64,000 nucleotides of DNA from a virus (IMGVR_UViG_2862784999_000001:22584-86583); one strand, 5' to 3'; shown: positions 35,530 to 44,581, numbered from the stretch's first letter. The notes: generated from the letters alone by a model not told the origin. A program made the numbers and translations.

Positions 35530-36180
35530 GTGGACGTCGCGACCTGGACAGGCCGTACCGCCTGCCTGCTTCAGCAGGCCATGCGGATGACCAACGAGGA
35601 GTTCGCCGAACGCCTCGGCCTGTCCGACCGAACGATCAGCCGATGGCATTCATCGCCCGCGATGACCCACCGGCCTGAAGTCCAGCAGATCTTGGACCTG
35701 GCATACGAGAGGGCAGGTGAGGCGGTGCACCGACGGTTCGCGCTCCTGATGCGACCAGCCGAGCCGGCTGTTGCCCAGCCAGCTGTTGCGGCGCAGGCGC
35801 TGCGGGTGGCGATAGCAGTCGTACTGCGCGGCGACGAGGTTCTCCTCGTGTGCCGCCGCGGGGACGGGGAGCTGCGCTGGCAGTTCCCGGCCGGCATGGT
35901 CAAGCCGGGCGCGGCGCCGGAGTCGGTGGCGGTGCAGGAGACGCACGGCGAGACCGGCGTGCACTGCACGATCCGCGCGCAGCTCGGCGAGCGCATCCAC
36001 CCGGTGACCGGCGTGGTCGCCTCCTACTTCCTGGCCGATCACCTGGCCGGTGAGGCGTCGAACCGTGATCCGTTGGAGAACGTCGACGTGGCCTGGGTGC
36101 AGCGTTCGGCGTTGACCCGCTTCATTCCGCAGGACCAGATTTTCCCGCCCATCCTGAACGCCCTGGAGGCTGCTGCGTGA
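35530..36180 (+). CDS. XRE-HTH-NUDIX fusion protein
   Basis: MTNEEFAERLGLSDRTISRW HTH plus WQFPAGMVKPGAAPESVAVQETHGETG (degenerate Nudix box). Confidence 0.85.
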   Translation: MDVATWTGRTACLLQQAMRMTNEEFAERLGLSDRTISRWHSSPAMTHRPEVQQILDLAYERAGEAVHRRFALLMRPAEPAVAQPAVAAQALRVAIAVVLRGDEVLLVCRRGDGELRWQFPAGMVKPGAAPESVAVQETHGETGVHCTIRAQLGERIHPVTGVVASYFLADHLAGEASNRDPLENVDVAWVQRSALTRFIPQDQIFPPILNALEAAA

Positions 36181-36590
36181 CGACCGAGACGACGACCGAG
36201 AAGCCTCCCGTATCGGTGGCGATCATCACCGACGGCGGCAAAGTCCTGATGGCGCGCCGCAGGGCCGCGGAGGGCGAGATCTCGTGGGTGTTCCCGGGGG
36301 GCGCGATCGAGGCCGGCGAGTCGCCGGAGCAGGCTGCGGTCCGCGAGGTCGACGAGGAGACCGGGCTGAAGGTCGAGTCGGTCAAGGTGCTCGGCGACCG
36401 GGTGCATCCGAAGAGCGGGGTGCCGATGCACTACGTCGCGGTGCGCCTGGTCGGCGGGGAGGCCCGGGTCGCGGACGATGAGGAGCTCGACGCCGTCGCC
36501 TGGATCACGCACGCCGAGATCGCCGACTACGTGCCCTACGGCCTGTTCGGGCCGGTGCAGGAGTACCTCGACGAGGTCCTGCCGCACTGA
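36177..36590 (+). CDS. NUDIX hydrolase (pSAM2 Pif-like)
   Basis: Intact Nudix box FPGGAIEAGESPEQAAVREVDEETG; RVHPKSG. Confidence 0.9.
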   Translation: MTTETTTEKPPVSVAIITDGGKVLMARRRAAEGEISWVFPGGAIEAGESPEQAAVREVDEETGLKVESVKVLGDRVHPKSGVPMHYVAVRLVGGEARVADDEELDAVAWITHAEIADYVPYGLFGPVQEYLDEVLPH

Positions 36591-36908
36591 TCGAGTTTCA
36601 GCCACGTTCCGGCCGGATTGTCGCGGGCATCCCGTAGACACTCGCTGCACCCAGCAGCATTCACCGACATGGGGCAGCAGTCAGCGTCATCCAGCGACAC
36701 CGAAGTGCGGGCCGGTTACGTAGACAGCTGCACGAAACCGCAGCTCAGGCCACCTACCGAAAAGCGCACGCTGCACCATCGAGATCCTGCCGACAGAGGT
36801 AGGTTCCAGAAACGCGAACGGCCCGGTGCGTCAACACCGGGCCGGTTCAACCAGCGGTACCAGCCGCTGATCATCCGTTCACTCACGCCAGCGAGAGAGG
36901 GACTATCC

Positions 36909-37214
36909 ATGAGCGTAGCGCAAGGCTGCACGCTGCCCCAGACCGAATCCCCGAGCACTGCCGACCTGCTCGACACCCCACTCCCCCAGTTGCTGGCCGA
37001 CCTGGGCGCCGTGCTGGTCGAGTCCGGGATCACCGAGTACGGGTTCTCCGGGTACGCGCATCGGGAGGGTGGCCGGCTGCTGTTGGCGATGCGCCGGGGG
37101 CAGCCGGCGCTGGAGCGGGACTGTGTCGCGCGGGCGCTGCTGGGTAACGCGCTGGGGGTTCCGATGCCGGAGCTTCCGGAGCCGTTCCGGGTGTCTGACC
37201 TGGCGACGCTGTAG
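36909..37214 (+). CDS. hypothetical protein (ImmA/IrrE-like fold remnant possible)
   Basis: GAGAGGGA RBS; GFSG...LLLAM...ERDCVARALLG; no HEXXH; preceded by hairpin 36817-36849. Confidence 0.6.
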   Translation: MSVAQGCTLPQTESPSTADLLDTPLPQLLADLGAVLVESGITEYGFSGYAHREGGRLLLAMRRGQPALERDCVARALLGNALGVPMPELPEPFRVSDLATL

Positions 37215-37225
37215 CTCCTTCCACT

Positions 37226-37269
37226 CTATGCACCCCTGCATTGACAGGAGCTATGCAGGGGTGCATAGT
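37226..37269 (+). promoter_or_regulatory. promoter embedded in a 16-bp perfect inverted repeat
   Basis: CTATGCACCCCTGCAT / ATGCAGGGGTGCATAG flanking TTGACA; TTGACA-N17-CATAGT. Confidence 0.8.
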
Positions 37270-37307
37270 TACCGACGTCGGAGCACCACAGACCAGCAGG
37301 GGGCGTC

Positions 37308-37802
37308 ATGTTCAGCGAGATCGGCGAGCGATACCGCAGCGAGAACGGCACCACCTACATCGTCGTCGAACCCAGCACACCGGGCAGTGGCGGCGCCCTG
37401 CTGCTCGAAGACTTCGAGATCCTGGAGAAGCCCGACAGCTTCGACTGGGGCCCCGCGCTCATCGCCTCGGGCAACATGGACGGCCCCCTCACCCGCATCG
37501 ACGACAACCCGGAAATGACGCGCCTGGTACTCAAGCGCATGGAGCGCATCCGGATTGAAGAGGCCGTGTGGGCGAAGGTGCCGGCCGACCAGCACCGGCG
37601 GTTCTACAACGCGATGGTCGACGTCCAGCGCTGCACGGTAGCGATGGACAAGGCGCAGGCCGAAGTCCTCGCTTACGCCGGAACGCGGGCCCGCGAGCTG
37701 CAGAAGATGGTCGACATCGTCGGCAGCCAGTCCGCCGTGGCGCGACTGCTCGACGTCGAGCAGTCAACGATCAGCCGGGCGCTGCGACACCAGAACGACT
37801 AG
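37308..37802 (+). CDS. protein with C-terminal HTH
   Basis: GSQSAVARLLDVEQSTISRAL. Confidence 0.75.
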   Translation: MFSEIGERYRSENGTTYIVVEPSTPGSGGALLLEDFEILEKPDSFDWGPALIASGNMDGPLTRIDDNPEMTRLVLKRMERIRIEEAVWAKVPADQHRRFYNAMVDVQRCTVAMDKAQAEVLAYAGTRARELQKMVDIVGSQSAVARLLDVEQSTISRALRHQND

Positions 37803-37812
37803 GACGGCCGCC

Positions 37813-37850
37813 AAAGCCCCCGCCACCTCGGTCGAGGTGGCGGGGGCTTT
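37813..37850. terminator. intrinsic terminator
   Basis: AAAGCCCCCGCCACCTCG...CGAGGTGGCGGGGGCTTT. Confidence 0.8.
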
Positions 37851-37903
37851 CGCGTGTGAGCTGGGGTTTTCAACTCGGCTGTCACTCATTCTAGTTACAC
37901 CCC

Positions 37904-37934
37904 TTGCCATAACGTAGCGCGGCGCTACATTATG
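37904..37934 (+). promoter_or_regulatory. promoter with palindromic operator
   Basis: TTGCCA-N18-CATTAT overlapping CATAACGTAGCGC-G-GCGCTACATTATG. Confidence 0.7.
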
Positions 37935-37958
37935 GAGTCATCGACCAAGGGGGACCCG

Positions 37959-38501
37959 ATGAACACCACCGCCGCCGCACTCCAGGCCAACGTCACCGTC
38001 GCCACCATCCGCACCTGGTGCCGCCGCGGCGTCGTCACCGCCGCCAAGCAGGCCGGACGCTGGATCATCGACACCGCCTCCCTCGCCGCCCGCATCGCCA
38101 TCGGCGCCATGCGCACCCGGAAGGCCACCCACGTGATCGACCTCAACGCGACCTACAGCGGCCAGCTGCTCCCCGACGAGGCGCCCCGGACGTTCACCGT
38201 CACGGTCAAGCGGCGCGTCTCCCCCGACGGCGAGCACCTCACCGTCATCCGCAGCATCATTCCCCTGGTTGCCGACAAGCTCGACGCCATCGCCGATCTC
38301 GGCGACCGCATCGCGAGCCTCAACGCTCTGGCGGGGGCGAACATCGTCATCAGCGACACCGCGCACGACGACTGGGAGGGTGACCCGATCGCCCGCGAGC
38401 GTGGACTGTTGCGCACCACCTACCGCGGCGGCGCAGCCGGAATCTCTGTCGACGACGTGTTCGAGCTTGCGGCCCAGATCCGCACCCAACTCGCGGCCTG
38501 A
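37959..38501 (+). CDS. HTH_17/MerR-type DNA-binding protein
   Basis: MNTTAAALQANVTVATIRTWCRRG...A.K.AGRWIID. Confidence 0.75.
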   Translation: MNTTAAALQANVTVATIRTWCRRGVVTAAKQAGRWIIDTASLAARIAIGAMRTRKATHVIDLNATYSGQLLPDEAPRTFTVTVKRRVSPDGEHLTVIRSIIPLVADKLDAIADLGDRIASLNALAGANIVISDTAHDDWEGDPIARERGLLRTTYRGGAAGISVDDVFELAAQIRTQLAA

Positions 38502-38525
38502 CAGCGCCCAACAAGGAGCCCCGAA

Positions 38526-39233
38526 GTGATCCCCGCCTTCCCGCCCATGCCGGATCAGGACGTCCCGTTCTTCGTGCAGACGTCCGGAACCTACGACACC
38601 GACGACTGGGGTGACCTGGAACGTCACGGCATCGACCCCGACCGCGACTGGTGGTGCGAGGTGGTCCTCCGAACGAGGAGGAGCGACGCCATCGCGAGCC
38701 TGTATCCGCCCGGCGCGCAGCGTCACCAGCCCCTCGTGGAGTTCATCCTCGGCGCCGACGACCTGTACGAGGCCGAGGCTGTCGCGCACCGCGCCATCCG
38801 CGTCGGCCGTTCGATCGCCGCACTCCTCGTCGATCCGGCCGACGCGGCTGCCTGGCAGGCGCTACGAGGACAGGGGCTGCCGGCCGCGCATGTGGATGAG
38901 ATCAGGTCGTGGCTCCGGGCCGTCGAGGAACTGGGGCACCGCTGGGAGCCCCTCACTCTGGAGGCCTCGGGCTGGGCCGGCGAGTTGTGGACGGTGTCGA
39001 TGATCGCCGAGTACCTCGGATACGAGGGCGCGTCCGCCACCAACAGTGCCCGCGTCTGGCTCTCCCGCAAGGGGATCAAGCCGGAGGGTCGCCAGACAGG
39101 GCGCCACGGACAGACCGAATACGACGCTGATCTGATCCGTCAGGCGAAAGAGGCCAGCCCAGGCAAGGGGCGGCGTGGCGCCCAGCGAACAGGTGGGCGC
39201 TTCACGGGCGCGGCCACTCCCTCGCCAGAATGA
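38526..39233 (+). CDS. protein with C-terminal HTH-like region
   Basis: LWTVSMIAEYLGY...SARVWLSRKGI...EYDAD; AAGGAG RBS. Confidence 0.7.
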   Translation: MIPAFPPMPDQDVPFFVQTSGTYDTDDWGDLERHGIDPDRDWWCEVVLRTRRSDAIASLYPPGAQRHQPLVEFILGADDLYEAEAVAHRAIRVGRSIAALLVDPADAAAWQALRGQGLPAAHVDEIRSWLRAVEELGHRWEPLTLEASGWAGELWTVSMIAEYLGYEGASATNSARVWLSRKGIKPEGRQTGRHGQTEYDADLIRQAKEASPGKGRRGAQRTGGRFTGAATPSPE

Positions 39234-39240
39234 GCGACCC

Positions 39241-39278
39241 GCCCCCGCTCCGGTACCCGGGCGGGGGCTTCGTCGTGT
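39241..39278 (+). terminator. intrinsic terminator between convergent operons
   Basis: GCCCCCGC...GCGGGGGC followed by TTCGTCGTGTT. Confidence 0.65.
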
Positions 39279-39764
39279 TCACCGTCGTCGTCGGGCTGGC
39301 CCATACGGGCTCTGCCACGCCGGCCGATCACGGGGGCGGACGGGCTTGCAGTCGGCGTCGATGACCCCGGCCTGCTTGAGGGAGTCGAGGGAGCGGGCGA
39401 TGTTCCGGCCTGCTTCCTCGACGGCGGGCTTGACGGACTCGTAGAGGGTGCGGGCCAGTACGTCGAGGATCTCGCGGGCGCGGCGGGCTCGTTCGATCTG
39501 GACTCGCCGTATCTGTTCCTGAAGTTCCTGCCAGGCACGCATGAACGCTTCGTCCGGGGCTGGCAGTTCAGTGTGGAAAACCAGGCCGGTGGCGTGCCCG
39601 AGCTCCTGCCACTCACCCGCCTCGTCGGCGACGAACACGCTCGGGGTGACGCCCTGGAAGCCGGCCGGGTCGACGGCGGGCTGGCTGCGCATCGCGTCGC
39701 CGCTGACCGTCCAGTCGTCGAGGGTGGAATCGATCTGCTGGAGGATGTCGTCGGCTCGGGTCAC
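39279..39764 (-). CDS. hypothetical protein
   Basis: Last gene of the early operon; PAWQSPYGP C-terminus. Confidence 0.65.
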   Translation of the reverse strand: MTRADDILQQIDSTLDDWTVSGDAMRSQPAVDPAGFQGVTPSVFVADEAGEWQELGHATGLVFHTELPAPDEAFMRAWQELQEQIRRVQIERARRAREILDVLARTLYESVKPAVEEAGRNIARSLDSLKQAGVIDADCKPVRPRDRPAWQSPYGPARRRR

Positions 39765-40240
39765 GGCTGGGTCCTCACGCATTCGGGATGCAGTTCGGCC
39801 GGTGCGAGCCCGGCCTGATCAGCGCGGCTACAGGCAGGGCACGGCGCTGGCTCGGTCGCTGCCGGTTCGTTGGGTGCGACCCGCAGTTGCGCCTCCCGGA
39901 TGATCCCGTCGGTGTTCCACCAGGGCTGGCCAGCCTCGCCCAGAGCGACGCCGTCGAGGATGTCGAGCATCGCTTCCGCGTGGCGGAAGATGCGGTTCAG
40001 GGCGTCGTCTTCGGCGAGATAGCCGTGCCCGCACGGGTGCATGACGATCGGCTGCGCGAGTGTCGCCAGCCGGCTTGGCAACACCTCGACCTTGATCACG
40101 TGACTGCGGCATGTCGAGCAGCGCGGGTACGGAAGCAGGATGGCGGCGCCGTCTCGCATCCGACGCCTCCGGTATTCGATGATCACCACCCAGGCGAGGA
40201 GTTCGGCATCCGTCAGGGGGCACACGTCGAGGTCGTTCAC
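39761..40240 (-). CDS. hypothetical Cys-containing protein
   Basis: GTG overlap; CSTC...PCGH, CPAC. Confidence 0.55.
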   Translation of the reverse strand: MNDLDVCPLTDAELLAWVVIIEYRRRRMRDGAAILLPYPRCSTCRSHVIKVEVLPSRLATLAQPIVMHPCGHGYLAEDDALNRIFRHAEAMLDILDGVALGEAGQPWWNTDGIIREAQLRVAPNEPAATEPAPCPACSRADQAGLAPAELHPECVRTQP

Positions 40241-40482
40241 GGCTGCTCCTTGGCCTGGCCAGTGGGTCCCGCGATCGCGTCGTGCAGCTCGATGAGCCGC
40301 TTGTCCCACCAGCGGGCGAGCGGTACACCGAGCGGGGGCGCGCCTTCCTTCACCCACCGCTCGTACAGGGCGATCACGCGGGTGACGTCGGCTTCGGCGG
40401 ATCGGTGGAGTCCGGCGAAGACGCGGGCCGTGGTCTCCGCGTCGGTCGCTTCGGTCGCTGCCTGCTCGGGCTGGTCGGTCAT
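40237..40482 (-). CDS. hypothetical protein
   Basis: PPLGVPLARWWDKRLIELH. Confidence 0.65.
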   Translation of the reverse strand: MTDQPEQAATEATDAETTARVFAGLHRSAEADVTRVIALYERWVKEGAPPLGVPLARWWDKRLIELHDAIAGPTGQAKEQP

Positions 40483-40796
40483 GGTCGGTTTCCTCCGCAG
40501 GCGTGGACTCGGATGGTTCCGTCGTTCTTCGGCTCGTACAGGCGGTGGCAGTTAGGGCAGGGAATCTTGGGCTGGCCGGGTTCGATGAGGGCTGCAATGT
40601 CGGTGTCGAGGTCGAGCCAGACGAGCAGGGTGACCAGGGCGTCGGCTTCGATGCCGCGCCCGTTACCCATGCGGGTGAAGACGCTGACGGGCAGGCCGAC
40701 TTGGCGGCCGACTCCGCGCCAGGACAGGCCGAGGCTGCGGCGCTGGATGTCGAGGCGGCGGTGGAGTTCGGGAACGTCGAGGCGGTGGCTGCTCAT
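40479..40796 (-). CDS. XRE-like HTH protein
   Basis: LSWRGVGRQVGLPVSVFTRM..G. Confidence 0.7.
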   Translation of the reverse strand: MSSHRLDVPELHRRLDIQRRSLGLSWRGVGRQVGLPVSVFTRMGNGRGIEADALVTLLVWLDLDTDIAALIEPGQPKIPCPNCHRLYEPKNDGTIRVHACGGNRP

Positions 40797-41191
40797 CCGG
40801 CCGCCTCCATCGCCCAGGCCCGGTCGGCTGCGGCCTCGAACAGATGGGCCAGCTGCTCGCTGGTGTGGGTGGCGGCCCAGCCGGTGACGGCTTTGTGGGC
40901 GCGGGCTACGCGCTGGGCGAAGTAGCCGGCCTGCCAGCTGATGTCGGGCCAGCCTTGGTCGGTGACTTCGGGGTCGACGAGACCGCCGAGGAGGATGAGG
41001 GCGACGCCTTCGGCTATGGCGTGGTCTGGGGTGATGACCGCGGCGAAGTCTTCGAACGTTGCCGTACCGAAGAGGGCGCGCCGCAGGGCCATGATCGGAC
41101 CGTCCACAGCGTAGGCGGCAGCCTCGGCGAGTCCGGTCGAGATTGTCGGGGCGGTGGGAAGCGCGGCGAGTTCCGCGACGGACAAGGTCAT
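40793..41191 (-). CDS. hypothetical protein
   Basis: 132-aa coupled ORF. Confidence 0.55.
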   Translation of the reverse strand: MTLSVAELAALPTAPTISTGLAEAAAYAVDGPIMALRRALFGTATFEDFAAVITPDHAIAEGVALILLGGLVDPEVTDQGWPDISWQAGYFAQRVARAHKAVTGWAATHTSEQLAHLFEAAADRAWAMEAAG

Positions 41192-41424
41192 GCTGCCCGC
41201 TCCCGATTGTCGGGTCGGACGGTGATGTCGATGACGTGCCCGGCCAGCCCGAGGATGCCTTCAGCCCAGGTGAGGGTGAGGGTGGCGTTGCCGGTCAGCA
41301 TCATGTTCAGGTGCTTGGTGGACACGCCGAGCTGTCGGGCAACCTCGGCCTGGCTGAGGCCGGCAGCGGCGAGGGCGGCGCGGACCTGGGCGCGGAGTTG
41401 CTCCTCGGCGGTGGACTCGCTCAT
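41188..41424 (-). CDS. XRE-family HTH protein
   Basis: LSQAEVARQLGVSTKHLNMMLTG. Confidence 0.8.
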   Translation of the reverse strand: MSESTAEEQLRAQVRAALAAAGLSQAEVARQLGVSTKHLNMMLTGNATLTLTWAEGILGLAGHVIDITVRPDNRERAA

Positions 41425-41705
41425 GCGGCTGCCTCTCTCCGATTGCTGCGGTGTCTGGCTGTGGCCCTGGCGGCTTCTACTTCGTCGAAGGTGATGACGC
41501 GGCGGCGGAGGGCGATCACGACGGCGTGGGTTCGGGTCTGCGCTCCGAGGCGGACCATCGCTTCCTTGAGCCGCAGGTGGATGCCTTGCTCGGTCGTGTT
41601 CAGGCGGGAGGCGATCTCCCGGCTGGTGTAGCCGGCGGCGGACAGGCGGAGGGCTGCGACTTGTCCGGGGCTCAGCGGCTGGCCTTCGACTCCCGGGTTC
41701 CTCAT
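41421..41705 (-). CDS. LuxR-family HTH protein
   Basis: LSPGQ...L.LSAAGYTSREIASRL...LGAQTRTHAV..A. Confidence 0.85.
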   Translation of the reverse strand: MRNPGVEGQPLSPGQVAALRLSAAGYTSREIASRLNTTEQGIHLRLKEAMVRLGAQTRTHAVVIALRRRVITFDEVEAARATARHRSNRREAAA

Positions 41706-41923
41706 GCGGGCCTCCGCTGCTCGACGGGCGCCAGGTATTCGCCTTCGACGTAAGGGATGCAGTCGTGGTGCGGCAGGTCGGCGGAGATGCGGCACAGCCA
41801 GTCGCCGGTGGGTCCGAGGCAGGCGCGTCCGCGGTGCGGGGGCCCGTCGTCGCGCATGCCGGCGGGGATCGGGCCGCCGCGGTCGGTGAGCCGGCGGCCG
41901 GGCGGGAGTTGGGAGTTGCTCAT
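41702..41923 (-). CDS. hypothetical protein
   Basis: GGAGG RBS, 73 aa. Confidence 0.5.
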   Translation of the reverse strand: MSNSQLPPGRRLTDRGGPIPAGMRDDGPPHRGRACLGPTGDWLCRISADLPHHDCIPYVEGEYLAPVEQRRPA

Positions 41924-42089
41924 GCGGGCCTCCGTTGTTTGATGCGTCCGTCGGGTGTGAGGTGGCCGTCGGCGTCGGCGAGGAGTCGGATGGCCCGTGC
42001 GATGACGGCGCGGTTGGATTCGCCGCGGTAGCAGCGGGTGAGGATGCTGGCGGTCTCTGGGTCGAGGTACACCACCGGGCGCGGGGCGG

Positions 42090-42452
42090 TCACGAAGCAT
42101 CCCGGCGGGCATAGGCGGCGGCAGCCTCGGCGAGATCGCTCGGTGATACGCCGGAATCAAGGACCTGTTGCACGGCCTCTCGGATGTAGCCGATGCGGCC
42201 AGGCGGCGGCCAGGGCAGGCCCTCCGATTCGCGCCAAGCGCGCCACTCGGCAGGGGTGAAGTCGAGCTTCTCTCGGTTGCACGGCTCGCAAGCCGCAGCC
42301 AAGTTACTCAGGTCGCCCGAGCCTCCCTGCGCAACAGGGATGACGTGGTCCACTTCGGTCGGGAACGGGCCGCCGCAGTATGCGCAGTTGGCATCCAGAA
42401 CCTGGCGACGAACTCGCGCCGGGATGTACCGCAAAGGGTCGGTCATGGTCAT
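42090..42452 (-). CDS. HNH endonuclease
   Basis: CAYCG...DHVIP...GG.....NL..AC..CN..K. Confidence 0.88.
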   Translation of the reverse strand: MTMTDPLRYIPARVRRQVLDANCAYCGGPFPTEVDHVIPVAQGGSGDLSNLAAACEPCNREKLDFTPAEWRAWRESEGLPWPPPGRIGYIREAVQQVLDSGVSPSDLAEAAAAYARRDAS

Positions 42453-42549
42453 CTTTCTGTTCGGGTGGGCCGCCGCCCTGCCCGCTGGATGGCGAGGAGG
42501 GCGGCGGTGATCAGTGGTGAGGCGAGGACGCCGACGAGGAACCCGAAGG

Positions 42550-42771
42550 TCATCGACAGTCCGAGCAGGGGTATTTGCCGCACAGGCTGTGGTCGCGGCG
42601 GATGGCTCGGTCGATGGCGGGCGGGATGCTGTGGCTGACGGCGGTCGCCGTGGCGAGGCAGTCGTCGCCGCAGAAGGGTTCGCGGTCCGGGCTGTCGCTC
42701 CAGACGGTGGGGGTCCAGTTCCAGATGGCGCGTCCGCAGAGGGCGCAGTTGAGGGGCTCGTCCTCGGTCAT
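42550..42771 (-). CDS. small Cys-rich protein
   Basis: CALC...FCGDDC. Confidence 0.5.
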   Translation of the reverse strand: MTEDEPLNCALCGRAIWNWTPTVWSDSPDREPFCGDDCLATATAVSHSIPPAIDRAIRRDHSLCGKYPCSDCR

Positions 42772-43034
42772 GCGGCTTCCTTCTCTGTGTGGGCCCAGGC
42801 GGGCGTGTGCGGGCCTGTGAGCGGTTCGGTGGGGCTGGAGTCGCATTCGGACTGCGGGGCCGCCTGCGCCCCCGTGGAGCCCTTCATGACGGCACGCCAT
42901 GCCTTGACCGCCGCCAGCCCCGCGAGCAGCAGGAGCAGAAGCGCGGCTGCGGTGAGGCCGGCGATCCACAGGGCGACCACGTCGAGGAGGAAGCCCGCGG
43001 TGTCGACCGCCTCGACGAACAACGCCGCCCTCAC
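42768..43034 (-). CDS. small membrane protein
   Basis: One TM segment; GTG overlap. Confidence 0.5.
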   Translation of the reverse strand: MRAALFVEAVDTAGFLLDVVALWIAGLTAAALLLLLLAGLAAVKAWRAVMKGSTGAQAAPQSECDSSPTEPLTGPHTPAWAHTEKEAA

Positions 43035-44080
43035 GACGGAACCTCGTCGTAGCAGCCGCAGCGGAACCCGCCGTCGTGGACGGGAGGCGCGGGCGGGACG
43101 GGGATCAGGGTGGGGCAGCCGTCGGGGAAGCCAAGGCAGTACTCGGCGACCTCGGGCTCGGCCTCCGTCGTGGGTGTGGCAGCAGCACCAGACCCGGCAG
43201 CGGGCTGGAGGCTGGCCCGGATCGACGCGCAGATGGCGGGGATGCCGCTTGCCGGGTCGAGGTCGTGCGGCATCTGGCAGTGCGGGCAGCGGGGGCGCGT
43301 CTCGGTGTCTGGTGTTTCGCCAGCCCGACCCGCGACAGCAGCCCCGGACGCGGACTGGTCGGTGGGGCAGCCGCAGCCCCAGTTGTGGGACTCCGGGTAC
43401 GGGCAGTGCTCGGTGTGCTCGACGCCCCACTCGCACTCTTGGCAGCCGGCCATAGCGCGGAGCTGTGCCGAGGCGTCGCGGCAGGGGCGGTACTTGTCCG
43501 GCTCTAGCACGCCGTCGGCCTTCGCCTGTCGGGTCGCGGCGTCGATGGCGTCGGCGCCCTCGTTGAGTGCGTCGGCGCGGGTGGTGGCCGGGTCGGTGCC
43601 GGGCAGCACCGCGAGGACAGCGGCGGCGTGACGGAGGTACGTCTGCCAGAGCGGCTTACCCTCCAGCCGCTCCCCGTCCGCCCACTGCGGTCCTTCGGTA
43701 TGGGCGATGGCGAGCGCCGCCGTCCGGTGCTGCGCATCGACGACGTAGCAGGGGCCGTCGCTGCGATGGAAGATCCCGGTCTCGCTGAGGTCGCCGCAGA
43801 CGCACGGCTCGGCCGGGTCGGTGGGGTTGGCGGGCGGGGACACGACAGACGGCACGGCAGGGTCGTGCAGCCGCGCCTCCTCCGCTGCGCTCGGTTCGAT
43901 CAGGTTGATCAGCCAGCCCGCCTCTCCCTCGTAGAAGACGGGGTCGTCGGTCTGGGCAACGGCCGCACGCTGTACGGCAGCCAGCTCCTGCGCGTGGAGG
44001 ATGAGCGCGCCGTCGATGATGTCCTCGGGCAGTCCGTGCCGCCAGAGCAGGGCGTGGGCGGTCTCGGGGTTCTCGGTCAT
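43031..44080 (-). CDS. mosaic hypothetical protein with several Cys/His micro-domains
   Basis: 349 aa; CVC..H..C, CQEC..H..CP..H..GCGC, CPHC..H motifs. Confidence 0.7.
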   Translation of the reverse strand: MTENPETAHALLWRHGLPEDIIDGALILHAQELAAVQRAAVAQTDDPVFYEGEAGWLINLIEPSAAEEARLHDPAVPSVVSPPANPTDPAEPCVCGDLSETGIFHRSDGPCYVVDAQHRTAALAIAHTEGPQWADGERLEGKPLWQTYLRHAAAVLAVLPGTDPATTRADALNEGADAIDAATRQAKADGVLEPDKYRPCRDASAQLRAMAGCQECEWGVEHTEHCPYPESHNWGCGCPTDQSASGAAVAGRAGETPDTETRPRCPHCQMPHDLDPASGIPAICASIRASLQPAAGSGAAATPTTEAEPEVAEYCLGFPDGCPTLIPVPPAPPVHDGGFRCGCYDEVPS

Positions 44081-44144
44081 TGGTCACTCCGGTCGGTGGG
44101 TGGGGGGCTGCCGGGGCAGGCAGCCCCCACACGGGCAGAAGCAG

Positions 44145-44501
44145 TCAGTTGAGGACGAGGACAGTCACCGGCAGCGCGCCGGGAGTCGAGGCGTCGGCGT
44201 CGTCGCACACCCACACGTAGTCCGGGTCCTCGCCCTGCTCCGGGTCCGGCTTCCGGAAGATCACCCACTTCTCCTGGGTGGATCCGACCCACTCGGACAA
44301 CGTGGCGCGAGGGTCGTCGGCGAGGTTGCACAGGCCGATGAAGACGCGGGCGTGCCGGTTGAAGGCGGCCAGGGCGCGGCGGTCTCCGGGGTGGCCGAGG
44401 GCGAGCATGTCGCCGTCCTCGCCGATGTTGCAGACGGAAATGCCGTAGTGGGTGGCTTCGGTCTGGGGGTTGGTCAGGGGCGAGGCGAGCTTCTGGTCCA
44501 T
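44145..44501 (-). CDS. hypothetical protein
   Basis: AGGAG RBS; IGEDGDMLALGH. Confidence 0.65.
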   Translation of the reverse strand: MDQKLASPLTNPQTEATHYGISVCNIGEDGDMLALGHPGDRRALAAFNRHARVFIGLCNLADDPRATLSEWVGSTQEKWVIFRKPDPEQGEDPDYVWVCDDADASTPGALPVTVLVLN

Positions 44502-44581
44502 GGTGCTGCTCCTGTCGGATGCGAGAATCGGGCCAGCCGGCCGCCGCCTGTTATCGGCAGGCGGCGTCCGGTCTGCGGGGG

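Noticed and set aside
26263-36590. Complete autonomous AICE inserted in the prophage
   Set aside because: No integrase, excisionase or Rep gene and no att repeats seen by eye in the block; not fully excluded without a repeat search.
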